The notes beneath the pieces were generated by a model that had not been told where the DNA came from, did not search any database, and was given only the letters and a program-made list of their open reading frames with translations. This document shows positions 1 through 13,675 of a stretch of DNA of 64,000 nucleotides, piece by piece. Origin of the DNA: Lepidodermella squamata (Eukaryota > Animalia > Gastrotricha). The first letter of the stretch is position 1; each line of letters opens with the position of its first letter. The stretch is from the NCBI GenBank assembly GCA_047495785.1, contig JBLDXI010000024.1:3348001-3412000 (forward strand), written 5' to 3'. Position numbers and translations under genes: made by a program.

Positions 1-3000
1 ATATGACCCAGTGCTATCAGTGTAAACAGAACTGGCTTCATACCCACTCGCTCCAACGTAGGAGCTGGAAATCACGCTGTCAGCACAGGCTGATGAATAA
101 GTGCCAGCTGTAAAAAAGATTAATTTGGAAGCCTGCGCGTCGCAATCAAACAAAGGTAATGAACCAACTCTTGATGCACTTGATTGTGGGTGGCAGAGCT
201 GCTTTCTCGCAAAGAGCAATGTCACTGTTCTGCATATCGATATCATTCATTCCAATGCCACAATCCCACCAGAAATTGCCAACGATTTCATTGTTTCCGG
301 CAAAATCAGGTTGTCCTTGTAGCCAGTTCAGATAACCAGTATCGTTCATCCGAGTACCATCGTCCATTTCCCAAAAATCTGGCTTCTCCGGAAAATCATA
401 TATCTTCAAAATAGACATTCCAACATAGACTGGATCGCGCCAGTGCGTCAGGTATCTAGCGAATTTTGCCTCCATGGGATAGTTAGTCGCTACCAGGTAA
501 GAATTCATGAATTCACATTGCTGTCGAGCACTGCGAAACTTATGGCCATTGACAGTCCCGATTTTTTTGTAGCACTTCCCATTGAAGAAGTTCTGAATTG
601 AAGTAAAATTGCTAATAATAAAAGCCCTAACTCAAAACGAAGGTTAATACCCAGCCAATTTCACACTCCAAGCAAGGCAAGGGCCGCTCGCAGATGAAAA
701 ACCCGTTGATTGTGTTTGTGTCGACAGTAGTCCTGACTCTAACAGAAGTGCTGTTCCAGTAAAGATAGGCCCACTTATGGTTATTTTGAGGGAAGCCGTC
801 GGACCAAAACGTCGAATCATTCGCTGCACCAAAAACTCCATTTGGGAAGGGTGCGTTGTTATCAAGATCCCAATCTGGTTCACAATAATAACATTTTCAT
901 TTTATACAAAATGAGAATATCCCTACTTTCATCCGGATCGCCGACTTGAGAGATGTCTGCTGCATCAGGCGTGCGCCTCATCCGAAGACTGTTGTCCAGG
1001 CCAACCCAGATGGCAGAGCCCGTCATAATACTGCTGCTCGAGCTGATGAAAGCAACGAGCTGAGCGAACACTTTGGCATCAGTTATCGATACCAAATTGA
1101 AAGTATTGAAGGCGTCGTAGCAATAGCCTCGAGCGTCGAAAGGGCTTGTTTTTGTGACAGAACTAATTTCCAAAAATGACTTGGATCGACGCATTGATCG
1201 AGCGACAAAAGCCTTACGTGACAAGCTTGTAGCAGGTTGAACCGACTGATGTGAAGCCTTCAGGGCAAAGATCTGAACAGGTGGCAGCCGAAGGCACCGT
1301 ACAAACAGGTATCGAACCGTCTTGGCAATTACGGGTGTGGATGTACTGGTCATTATTGATTCGAGTGCATGGTTGGTACCAATTGTTCGTCCACGGTAGA
1401 TAGCTTAGCCTGTTGTTTGGGTAACTTTCCCAAGTTGATGGCTCGCCCTCCCACTTGTAAGCCGCTATACAAGGAAATTTACTGATTAGACATCTTGAGT
1501 TATGTAGTCTCACTCTTGTTTCTGAGGACCAAATCAAGCCAGAACCCCTCCTTTTGCAGTTCATTCATTGCTCGAGTCATCACTTGGGTCTCGTATCGCT
1601 GCAACAGCGTCAGTGGCCGCAGCCCAGCGGCCTGGCATTTGTTAACCATTTTTGGCCTATCAGCCGTATCACTGAATAGCCAAACGCATTTATTAGGTGC
1701 GACTCGATAGCCAGCATTGAGCTTTGTGAGACCAGAATCATCACTAGGCGCTTGGCACTCTGAATTTGGAATGCCATGACAATTAAAAATTTCATCAAGC
1801 TCGTAGATTTACCCAAGCATGTAGTGGGGGTATTTGCATACTCGCAAATGAAGCGAAATTTCGTCGACGCGTCAAATGACGTGATGTTTCCAGCAGATCC
1901 ACCGGTCGAAACTGTTCTTGTACTATTGCAGAACGGGATGAGCAAGTTGTCGGGTTTCGACATAAGGGCAGCATAGCAATCTAGTGACGTGGGCCAAGTT
2001 GTGTCTCCGATTACCGATTCTTCGAAAATCAACAGTAAAGTATGACTTATTAGGTATGCACTGGCTTACTGCTCAACGTTTGGGTAGCATTGCTCGCCGA
2101 GTTTGGCCATGCCCAAATGCCATATGAATCTGAAAAGCAACCAATTAAAGCGGCAATCTTCTGACTGGCATCCTTACTCAATGATAACGAAGTCCAATAG
2201 TAAGGATCGACAGCTTTCTCGTGGCTTATTAAGGATTGCAGCTTATTCGCATTGTCTGGTACAACAAGATAGGCCCCCATTTTAGAACATGTCCAACTTG
2301 CATCAGCCCATGTTGCCCTTTTTAGAGAATAATATCAACAAATGACTCTGCTCGGATTAGAAAGGAATACCCGCTACAAAGCTCCTAGATATTGTATAAG
2401 AGGGTCAAGTGTCAGAAAACAAGAAGATTGATATTCACCGACGCCCGACAAGTCAAGGGGGATGGTTCAACATTTATCCCTTTTCTGCACCCTCGACATA
2501 TGTAACATTTTCGAAATACGTTTCAAAGTTTCAAAGTTGATCAGCATTTCTGTGTTCCAAAATGCATTTTTAAAACCGCAGACTATTAGTAATATAGATC
2601 TAGACTATAATAATAGATCGTAAATAATACGCATAATAATTCTCTTTTAAAAATAGCTTCGCTACTTTTTAGCAATTCATTCAAGCTTTTTAAAGCTATT
2701 TTCAGCTCCCTGTGAGGATTAATAGGCGAACGCCCTGTAGCCTGTAGAATTGGAACGCTTGTTAAATTTTAGTATTTGGGCACTTCAACCTCTGTGTACC
2801 CAGGTAAAGCAAATAGACCAGTTTATTTTGTAGCCACTGGTGTTAAATCTAATAATTCTGGTGTAACACTTACAGCACAGGTAAGCCAAAATCATCGGTT
2901 CCTCCTTTCTGGCATGGTCCAGGCCTAGTCAACCCTGGCCAATTTAGCCATAGTCACTGAAGTTTCAAATTTTCGAACAATGCCCTTGTGCAACGTGCAC

Positions 3001-6000
3001 TCAGCCAATTATGGTGAAAGGTGGGGAAAGTTGCGTGGCTACTGACCTTGATCCTGATGACTAGGCCTGGCATGGTCAGTATAATATTTAACGGTGACTT
3101 ACGTTTCACTGGAAAAAAACACACAAGTGTCGCTTTTTGTCGAGGGGTCCGAATACCGCAAAAACGGACATTTGCAGCATCCGTCCTGTTAGCTTTCGAT
3201 TTATCACAGAATTGGCTTGTTGGGTGAAAAACTCACATTGACACAATCGGGAGGCGCTTGAGTCGTTACTGCTAGCGTCGAGCCATTGCCGTAACGAGCA
3301 GACTTTTGGCACAATACCCTAGCATTGAAGCCCCAGGTTTGAGTAACCCACATGGTCCATGTTTGATCTAGTGCGCCTGCATATACCCCGTCTCCTGTGG
3401 GCGAGAACGTGTACGTATACTTGCTTCCATCCATCCAGTCCCAGGGAGCTATGTCCAATGCATCACTGACAGCCACGCCTGCGCCGCCCAGCCACGCCCA
3501 AGCCGAGTTGGTAGAAAACAACCCAACAAAATATGGGTTGTACGTTTCCAATAAATTGTTGTGATTCGCAATAACACGTAGCCACATCAGAGCACTCTCA
3601 GTGTTCGGCAAAAACAGATCTCTTGACCCGTAACCATTGCTGCACCAATTTCGGCCATTGTTTAAATCGGTCGGACCCCAGTAAGGATTCTGGTAACACA
3701 TCTTACCCCACTTATACCAGCCAGCACCCGTAGGACAGAACCAGCACGCCGAATTCACTTCGCAGATGTATCGAGCTGAACTGTTAAACATATTGCTACC
3801 GACAGGCAGGTACCATTGAGAGCGAGACTTGCTGTAAGCCATGTATGCGATATAATTGTTGGACCCATCACTATACGCAGTAGGGCGCGTTTGCCAGATG
3901 AGGTAACTCCACGGTGACGGAGAGGGGGTAAATTGATTTGTTGAGATGTCGGTATTTACAATTGGCCCAGTGCCATCTGACCAGTACCATTTACCATCGG
4001 GATCTCCACTATAACTATCGTATCCCCAATTTGGATTCGGAAACTTCCGAGAGCGTCGAACCCAGTCTTGTAAGCCAATGTAGTAGAATTTGTTAGGATT
4101 CAAATTCGCAACACCCCCATTCATTATGAATTTGTATTCATCCAATGAGTTGAAATTCACAAAGGAAGCTCCGTTAGCAAGCTTGAATAACAACGGACTT
4201 TAAATATAACGTGAAATGAGTTTTCTACTTACGCAAATTTTCAGGGCATTCATATAGGTTGTTGAAGTACTGCATGAAGAATTCACCTTAAATTCACATT
4301 AAATGTAAATAAGGAAGTCTTACCTATCCCCAGACACCCAGTAACAAGCATCATAGCACTCAGAATAGACATAGCCAGACGGACAAGTAGCTAAAAATGG
4401 CAATCACAGCGTGGGATCACACAGTTAAACGAGATTACGTTTAGTTGGGCACTTTGAGAATGCGCAGGTCTGTTGGTAACCAAAAGTTCCCGCCATCTGA
4501 CAAACCGCTTTGGCCGTGTCTGTGCTTGAAGCCGCCGTCCATTGAGAAGCTGACTGATCGCTGATCCCCGTAAAGCTATTCGACTTGCTGATGGAGGTGA
4601 CCATATAGGCATATGGCGCTGATCCTGATGACGAGGCCAAGTCGAGGGAATCAGAACTTGACACGCCGGATCCATCAGACCATTCGTAGCCTCCTCCACT
4701 TGCTGTTCCAAGCCCTATCCAAATCTTAGTTCCGCTGGACAACATGCCAACTTGAGCGGTTATCATTCTGACATACATGGTTGTCATTTCATTTTTGGGA
4801 TACCACAAGTCAGCGTTGGCATCCAGGTTTGCACAGACAGTTTTTTTAGCATCATAAGTGCCTTCATCGTCATCCGTGAGTCCTCTGAAGCAATAAGTGC
4901 CGAACTTGAACCACCCAGTCGGACAGATGGTACATGCCGAGTTATACTCGCAAACGTAGGAAGCTTGATAGTTGAAATTGTTATCACTCCCAACAGGCAA
5001 GTACCACACAGAGTTTCGCGTATCCCATCGCAAGAAGGTGATGTATGGGGCACTGTTCTTGTCACCGGAAATTGTCGGCTGCTTTTCCCATATCAAGAAG
5101 TCGTAGGGCTCGGAGCCGGAAACGAAAGATCCGCCAATCGAATCATAAGAAATTGGTTTTTCTGGTATTGTATCATCCTGCCAAGTCCATATTCCGTCTG
5201 CATCGCCCGTGTAGCCATTGATTCCGATGGCAAGATTACCAGTAGATCTGCGAACCCAGTCACCCAGACCGATGAACCAATCCTTTTTCTTATCCAATAA
5301 TGTTGTTACGTATCTGAACTCGCTGCTAGTATTTAGGTTCACTAGAGTTGAGCCAGCTTTTACCTGTTCCATAGATTCAACGTCAACGAGATCTAGCAAA
5401 CGAAGTTTCAACTCACGCAATCAGCAAGTGCGTCCATGTAATTCGCTGCAGTACTGTGGATAGAACAGAGAGATAGTCCTAATTTCTGGGCAAAGGGACA
5501 TCTTGACCCTACCTGACAACTTTGTAACAGGAGTCGAAACATGCCGAGTAAGTAAAACCATCAGGGCAAGTTGCTGCAATGAAATGACTCAATATTTATA
5601 AGAAAAATAGCATCAGAACTCACGGGTGATAGGGCACTTTTTGTAACAGGCGTACTGTGTTGCGGCCGCTGATTGGATAACATCGCCCTCGCATGCGATT
5701 TTCTGTGGTATTCATTTTTACTAACAATCTCGCGAATTTACAAAAGTCTTACGTTTCCACTATTGGAACACGGAGAGTCATGCCAGCCGTCGAACATCAT
5801 AGCAGCACACTGGCTACCGGACTGATCGTTAGGCTCTAAGCCACCAGCAAGTCTCCAGTTCGCGTGGTAAGGGCTAGCCATGACCTTGCCAGCCGTGTCC
5901 CAATAGTAATCAGCTAGCATCAACAATGTGAGACAAACAATTTTAGTAGAAAAGAGCTTACAATCTAGATGGTTGTAGCCGATCCAAGCCTGATAATTCC

Positions 6001-9000
6001 ACATTCGTTGCAAAGTGTCGAGACGGCCATTGCCGGTATTATACCTGACATCGAGCCCCCATGCCCAGTAGAAAGGCTCAAACTGTTGCCTTATAGTAGC
6101 TAGAAAGCCATTCTTCGCCTGGCAAATCTGCTCAGCTTTCAGTCGGTTCACATAATCGTTACCCCAGTTTCCGCCTGTTGAAACACCCGTCGAATAGCAT
6201 CTGTCGAAAATTCTCATGTTTTCGATTTTATCCCGGCTTGTGCCAGGTTTGCAAACAGGCATTGTCGAACACGGATTCCGAATCATGCAAACCATCGGCT
6301 GTTTACTCCACCAGTAGTAGTAAGTCCGCAACATAGGCCGCTTTTTGTGCTATGGAAGTCAGATTAGATTGGCTGTACTCATCAGTCCACTGTCTTACCG
6401 GCAGCATGCAAATAAACTCGATGTCGTAACGAGGCTCGCCGCTGTACCACAGGGTGCTATCGATCTCGACTGGGGGATATGTTTGCCAGTACCATTTATT
6501 ATGCGAGTGATCACGATACCCCCCAATCAATAGGCAAATGTCATTCCATTCGTCTAGGTTCTTGTCTACAGGCTTCTTGTCTAATTGAATGTTTAGCTCG
6601 GTCGCTAACCACTTGACGAAATTCCCCATCTTGGCTTGAGAATCACCGCTCTCGAATGTTGCTAGAGTTCCGCCGGCGTGAGTACAGGATGACATAATTA
6701 AATGAGGCTGGTCCATGTAATCACCGAGATTCCATGAAGTGTGGGGATTAACGACAAAGTAACAATTGTTGTCCTGTAAAAATGTACCGCATGGGCAGCA
6801 GTTCTCGACGTTTTGCGCTTGAAATATTGAAATTGAAAGAAAATTAACAATATCCAGCTCTAATCTTACGGGCTGATGTGAATCCGGACGGATATGCACT
6901 TGGGTCAAGGCTGAATTTCTTATAAACACTGTCAGCCGTCCACGTCTTCGAGTTTTGACTAGTGAAGATTTGATAGCCCGCATAAGAATTTATATCAGCT
7001 AGAAAAAACCTTAGGACGAGCAATAATCAAAATAATGTTTTACTCACGAATAGTGCAATCATTGCCAGTCCAGCCATTAGGGCAGTTACACCTTACACCG
7101 GTTGTATGTTTCACACAAACTTCTTCAAAATTATATTGAAACTTACTGATTTCCACCAGACCACAGGCACGAGCCACCTGATGGGATCAGTCTTTAATTA
7201 CAAACAACCATTTGAATTATTCTAGGTACTTACCGTTCGAGCAATCTGGATGGCAAACAGCTGACACAAAAGAAGTAGGGTATAGGTATATCGATGCGGT
7301 TCGATCATATCCTACCTTGTTCGCAACGAGTACCTCGCCAGTAATATTCATTGCAAGTGCATTGGCTGCAAGTTTAGCTCAGAGTGTGAGTTTGTCTAGG
7401 TATTAGCTGCTACTTACTTCGGACCGCTGCAGTTCCCACCATTTTGACACCACCAATCCTGACAGTACCCTATCACGCAAAGGCAACATGTCAGAAAGTG
7501 TAATTTAATAAGGTTTTTTCACTGACATTGATCACAAGCGTCGCCTTTCCACAAAAAGTCGCAAGTGCAGTTGTTGAGAGCTCTGCAAGTACCATGGCCG
7601 TTGCACTCGTTCAGCGCAGGGCATGAGGCCAGCGAGCAGTTCGCACCTTTCCATCCGTATGCACAGTTGCAAACATCGGGTTGAACGCAAGTTCCACCGT
7701 TAGTGCAACCCATTGAACATACAGCTGCGATGAGATCTTTCAATTAGCGTTTCACCTCTAAAACAGCAGCAGCTTACGTGTTGAACAGGTCGGACCTTTC
7801 CAACCGGTCGGACATTTACACTTGTTCGGGCCGGTACAACTGCCTCCATTCTGGCATAAAGAATTGCAGACAGCTTTAATAAATGCAGTACCCCAGTTAG
7901 TTAAAGAGTATCGCTAATCAACGTTTAACTAACGTATGTCGCAGAGTGTTCCACTCCACTTTGTTGTATCGCAAGTGCATACGTTCGGCGAGTTGCAGAC
8001 TCCGCTATTCTGGCAGACCGGATCGCAAATGGCTGAAAATATATGTTTTAATTCTTGCTGATTAGTCATTTATCGCGCTAGTACCAAGCTCGCATGACGT
8101 CCCATTATAACCTGACGGGCACGTGCATTTATTCGGGGCAGAACAAGTACCACGAACGCAAGCTGGGTTACAGATCGCTGTGAGCGACAGACGAAAGATT
8201 TCGCATGAACGTCATGTGCAGTCACATATTTTTTTTTACCGTTATTGCATGTTGTTCCGGTATAACCGCTCTTGCACTGGCAAATATTAGTCCCTATGCA
8301 CGCTCCGCCGTTACTGCAGCCCGATGCACACACGGCTAGATGATTGCAAATGATTAGAAACATTCAATAAGCATCAAGACAACTCACGAGCTGGCGTCGT
8401 AGCTATAGCTGCCATCAACCGAAAATTGTAGTCTAAGTTATTTATGAAAATAAATTAGCCATATCTTACGTGACTCGCAGTAGCGGCCAGTATAACCAGA
8501 GGGACATGCGCATACCTTGTTAGGGCCGGTCCCGCCGCAAGTCCCACCATTTACACACGGGGGTAACCCATCGTTTGCTGGAGTGCCATCGTCACAGACA
8601 GCACTGGCACCGGATGCTTCACGAACATAATTAAAGCGAATAATTTAATGATTCACGCGGTTCAAATAGCAGCGTGGTGTCATGGATATGCACAACTGAC
8701 CATTTCTCAACTTGCGCTGAAGTTCAACCATTTAATGGTTCGTTATATACCGTTCGTTATATGTCCGTTATATGTTAATGTTCGTTATATACCGTTAAAA
8801 CAAACCTTCAGGGCTAATTGGCCAAAAATTAATGTCTTATTGATTTGGATTTTTAAGCAAAAAATTAACTAGTGGAAAACCGTATGCTGGGGACTCAAAT
8901 TTTGTATTTTGTAGCAGAGTCTTATCGTTCAATCGATTCCATCTTTAATGTGATGAATCATCGTCGCATTTACACTAGACTACCCATAATTATCCAAGTT

Positions 9001-11870
9001 AATTACTTTCACTGTTATGCAATCATTTTCACGAAAAAGACTGAATGCGTGGTTATATCCATTTTTCAAACAAATTCATCATATTTGGCACTTGGTCGAG
9101 AAGAAATATCACATAATCAGCTTGACTGAGGTCTATGCATGCCTATAGCACCTCGCTTCAAGCTTGCTATGAAAAAAATCCGAATTTTGCAAATTTTTCC
9201 GAGAAAAAGTAAAAATAATTTGAAAGCTTGAAAAATAGTATTTAAATCCGACACTTCTAACTAGCGGATCAAAATTGATGTATTCGCGGCGATGGCTATT
9301 CCAATATTATTAAAATAATTTAGGGAGCATTATCTAATAGAAATTTAGAAATTTAAATTTAGGCTCATGTTCATGTATAAAGGAACGGTCAACGAAAACC
9401 ACGAAAATCATGAGAAAATCTCGAAACAATCAATATATTCTGATTTTATTTTTATTTTTTTCAGTATATTTTTTCTTGTTTTTTTACAGTACCTACCGGG
9501 TGGCTGGAAACTGCCCCAGTGGCGCGATTCGTTGCATACTGTATATCTACTAATTTTCGGTGGTCATGGTTTGATCTTCGAATTCGGTGTTTTTGCAAAA
9601 ATATCGAAATTAAAATAACCGAATATTAATTCTAATTAAAAAAAATCGATTTTTTCTTAACAGCCAGCCAAAAACCGAATTAAAATCCACCGAAATTTAA
9701 TGTACAGGCACACATTCTCCAAAACCGAAAATTAATGACCACCGAAAATTAGTAGATATACACTAATTCTTTTCAGGAGGATTTTGGCAACATTTAAGAT
9801 TTTTTATGATTGCGAAATCGATTTTTCATCGATTTTCATTTCAATTTTTCCAGAAAGATAATTTTATATATCACGTTCCAGCCAAAAATGTGATTGCGAA
9901 ATCGCGATTACTTGATACCTCAAAATTTGAGTTTTAAATCACCTTGCTTTGACTTTTAACAGCGCCCATAAAATTTGCACTCAAAAATAATAACAGCGCT
10001 CACTCGAGTTTAAGTAAAAATTATGACGCAACAACCGAAGTAATTAACATCGATAATTACGAAGTAGCTCGTGTAAATGCATAGAGATGATAGAGTGCTC
10101 ACTCGCAGAGTTGCGTTTTTTATGGTGTCCGCGGGCTAATTATGACAATTAAGATCAGATGACACACATAACTTAGCTTATGCTTTTCAAAGCAATCGTT
10201 AAACTTTAAATTCAGAAATATTGAACTACGGATTTTTTGACAAGTTTGGATTCGAAATAATCGCTAATTGACAGTTAAAATTGAGAATTTTCGGTAATTT
10301 TCGAAAAATTTCAAAAAATCAATATTTTCATTTCAAAATTTTCAAAATTTGTAGCGATCAAAATATGGCGTCCCCAGATCTAAGTCAGGTATCAAAATGA
10401 TCGTCTCGACCTGGTGAACGAAATGGCTCCAAAACATCCTTCAATTTCACCTTGTTTTCAGGTGTTAAGTACCTGGAAAGAGAAATGCGATTTTCTCAAT
10501 TTTACTTCTCGGCCACCTATCAACTAGTTCTGAAAAGATTTCTGGACCAAATTTGGTACCAAAAAATCCGCCGTCTTTCAAAGTTTAAATGACCCGACGC
10601 CCAGTTTCGGCCCCAGCAATCGAAGCGAGACGTCGAGCGATAAGGGCAATCGATCGAATTGTAATTAGTTCAGTTTCTTCCCCCAGGACAATGAGTTAAT
10701 CCCCTGCCATCTGGTGCCCATAGCGTTCCACCCTCTTGACTGCGAGTGAGCACTCTATCATCTCTATGTGTAAATGCGACGCATGTCATTATTTTTCATC
10801 CCAATATTTCTTGTGCTATTTCTCAAATTTAGAGCAGATGTCGCCAGTTCATCAGCTAAATTTAATGAAGCTTTTCCTCGTGGTAGCGTTTCGGAAACTG
10901 CGCTAAACACTACTTAGTGATCATAAAAACTTGAACTAAGCCTGAAACTAAACCTGAAAAAACTGTGACTTACAGCTGCAATATTTTCCATATCTCGTGC
11001 TTGTGCATTGACAGTACTGTCCAGCAACACACGTTCCTCCGTTTTCGCAGTTGATATCAGTTCTGCCTTGATCACAGAATGGCACTTCAAAAAGGCTTAT
11101 TGCATGAGCCAGAAAAATAACATAGAAGTGAAGCTTACGTATTTCACAATAACGACCAGTGTAGTACGGTTGGCATGTGCAAGCAGTTTTTGTGCAAGTA
11201 CCACCGTTCCGGCATTTGGGATAATCGTCCAGATTGGAATTAGAATTATCGTCGCAAATAACATTAGCGAAGCCATCTTAAAAGAAATAATTATGTATCC
11301 TTCATGGTGCAGAATAATTTCGCATTTGAGCTCCTTCAAAATATGAATTAGACTGCACCTGGCAATCGCGAAACCCTTGATCATTCAAAAGTCGAAGAGA
11401 TCAGATTTCTCGTCTGATTTAGCCCGTTCGTCGCCCAATACTTATAATTAGACAGAAAAATGTGCCTGGTAGTATATGCGTTCACGAAATACTTTATATC
11501 AGCTTAAAGAGCTTCCTTTTGTAGCCTGCAAATTTTGATATGGACTTAATCGCTTACTTGCAGCTTGCACTATAGAACCGGCGTGGTTTCTATGGATATA
11601 TTTCTAAGGCATTTAAATACATAGTGTGAACTAACCGTTCTTGCATTTTATGCCATAGTTTGGAGCTCTGCAAAAGCAGCGGCGCCAGCCATTCCCACCC
11701 ACGCATGTGCCACCGTTCGCGCATTCGGGATCATTTTCGCAGACATCGCCGTTGTCGCTGTCTTAAACATCTCATGGAGGAAAGCAATTCAGAAGATGTT
11801 AAAGTTTACTTGCAGGAGGAGTCGATTCAACCAAAAAGATGAACAAGACGATTTTAACAGACAGCTTCAT
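1..11870 (-). CDS. Giant secreted mosaic lectin, copy A (5' part: signal peptide, ~12 EGF, ~10 CTLDs, start of first F5/8C); multi-exon, 3' end beyond the left window edge
   Basis: ATG at 11870 opens [20 protein letters not shown] followed by a gtaaac donor. EGF exons lie at ~11635-11765, ~10975-11277 and ~7050-8615. CTLD exons include ORFs 6303-6983, 5738-6334, 4425-5420, 3204-4193 and 146-508. Collinear with copies B and C; window position 1 aligns to 20682 in copy B. Confidence 0.85.
9539..9763. mobile_element. Tc1/mariner-pogo-type MITE
   Basis: 28-bp perfect inverted repeat TGTATATCTACTAATTTTCGGTGGTCAT / ATGACCACCGAAAATTAGTAGATATACA, flanked by TA on both sides. Confidence 0.75.
10080..10768. 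mobile_element. Non-autonomous DNA transposon with 8-bp TSD (P-superfamily-like termini)
   Basis: Perfect 28-bp TIR CATAGAGATGATAGAGTGCTCACTCGCA and a perfect 8-bp TSD TGTAAATG at 10072-10079 and 10769-10776. The CATAG terminus fits the CANRG pattern of P-like elements. Confidence 0.85.
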
Positions 11871-12045
11871 CTGACACGTATTGCATGTATAGGCTCAAGC
11901 CTTGATGAAACGACAATGAAAATACTCGAAACTCGAGCGACTCAAAAGTAATAGAATGCTATCGGCAATATCATTTTAGTAAGCGGCACCTAGATGGAAA
12001 CTTTTTTAAGATACTTCGATGCAAGGCGAAACAGCTATTGTTAGG

Positions 12046-12075
12046 AAATATTTACATTCGTCCCAAGGATACGGC
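12046..12075 (-). promoter_or_regulatory. Conserved upstream motif of copy A (forkhead-like site + CAAGGATACGGC)
   Basis: AAATATTTAC-N8-CAAGGATACGGC, with identical spacing at 31021-31050 and 55927-55956, 164-176 nt upstream of each ATG. Confidence 0.5.
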
Positions 12076-12400
12076 TTGTCGGGTCACCGATCGGCGTGAA
12101 AGTCAACCTTAAACAATGCAAGGCGTGGCATAATTAATTGATCTCGCGTTTATTTTTATCCAAAAAAGTATTGGAAATGCGCATTCACAAATGACGTCTA
12201 GTCCGTTGATACTCGTACAAAAGTACGCATGCCTTGACAATTCAAATACAGCTTCACAGGAATAAGTCGAAATGAATGTGACTGTAAGTTCGAATTCATG
12301 ATTCGCTCAATGTGCCCAATCCATCCTGTGCGTTATCAATGAACTTGATGAAGAGGTAAAACCTGATGATATGATAACATTTAATCTAAAAAGCGCTAAA

Positions 12401-12816
12401 CACTTTAACTGCCAAAAATATCCTGTGAGATCCGATATTGGGATGCAAATCTTGGAGCTGTCAAATTTTCTCTAATTAAAGTTGAAAGACGCGTCGCAGG
12501 GCAAAACTCTTTTGACGGGGAAATGTAGGCCATGTCTCAGAGAAATCAGACTACAGAATTGGACCCAATTATTAGACCCAGATTGTGGCGCAACAATCGA
12601 AAACTCACATTCTTTCAAATTGATTCGTGTGTAATCCATGATGTTTTGAGCCATGAATTTGCTGTCGCCAGAATCCCTGAGACATGACCAACATTTCCCC
12701 GTCAAAAGAGTTTTGCCCTGCGACGCGTCTTTCAACTTTAATTAGAGAAAATTTGACAGCTCCAAGATTTGCATCCCAATATCGGATCTCACAGCATATT
12801 ATTGGCAGTTACAGTG
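12401..12816. mobile_element. Fold-back MITE with long TIRs, piggyBac-like ends
   Basis: Near-perfect inverted repeat of ~125-140 bp (CACTTTAACTGCC...GGAAATGT / ACATTTCC...GGCAGTTACAGTG), flanked by TAAA on the left and TTAA on the right. Confidence 0.85.
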
Positions 12817-13675
12817 TTAATACCACGGAGGCCAATAGGGGCGATGGTGTGACAACGAAATCGAACTTCCCACAACTGCTGATTAAACGCATTTGAAACA
12901 TTTTATTATGAATGATTGATTTGTAATTCATTGTTTCACCAAGATCACAAGTTTTACAATTACAACTCTGGAAACAGACAGCGAGCGTTAACCAGTTTGC
13001 TTTATCGTTATTGACGATAGGAACGGTTTGATCACGTGAGTCAATATCGAGCAAGGCAAGAAAATTTCCGAGCATCGTTGGCATATAGCTTTCGTTTTTG
13101 CCTGAAGGCATGATAATGGGTTGGCTTGCTGGCTGCACAAGCCACTTTTGAATAATTGATAGATAGGAGGTGCACGTGTCAAGCTCCCTGCTATGGTGAA
13201 TGATCAATAATTCATGCTTGCAAACTTTACTAAACGTTACACTTTTTGGTGAGCCAGGTCATGCCAAAAACCGATATACGATTTATAGGTGAAGGTTTTG
13301 TCAATTTTATTTGATCGTTTTGACACGAATAAAAGTCGGTCAAGTGCAATTTGCCAAAACAACATTTCTCTCTTATAGGAGTTCGCCTGAGCGATGGTAA
13401 AACAGAATCAATATGTTTTTTTCGAACTGGATATCAAGACCTATTAGCCGATGCTGCTGCGGCGGATGATGACGAACACTTTTATCGAGTCATAGCACAG
13501 AACCTACTAAACCTGGAAAAAATTGAATGCCTAAGATCAAGAAATTACCAATAACTTACATATCGCATATCGCCACTCATATCCGCTTTGTTCGTGATTT
13601 GCGGTAGAAATAGTTACTAGTAACTTATTAGATGGGTTCCGATAGCGTGAAACAAAATACGAAAAAAACCCAAAA

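Larger units (their letters stand above)
8962..10781. mobile_element. Old non-autonomous TIR element (possibly PIF/Harbinger-type MITE) in a copy A intron, hosting two further insertions
   Basis: Termini CGTCGCATTTACAC (8962) and GTGTAAATGCGACG (ends 10781). The imperfect TIR extends ~65 bp once the 10080-10768 insert is removed. CAT flanks both ends as a 3-bp TSD. Confidence 0.6.

Noticed and set aside
3040-3085. CTGATGA core suggesting a hammerhead ribozyme
   Set aside because: No correctly placed GAAA after a stem II and no stem III/UH cleavage site.
10840-10915. Minus-strand GAAA...CTGATGA arrangement resembling a permuted hammerhead
   Set aside because: The stem II closing pair and stems I and III cannot be formed convincingly.
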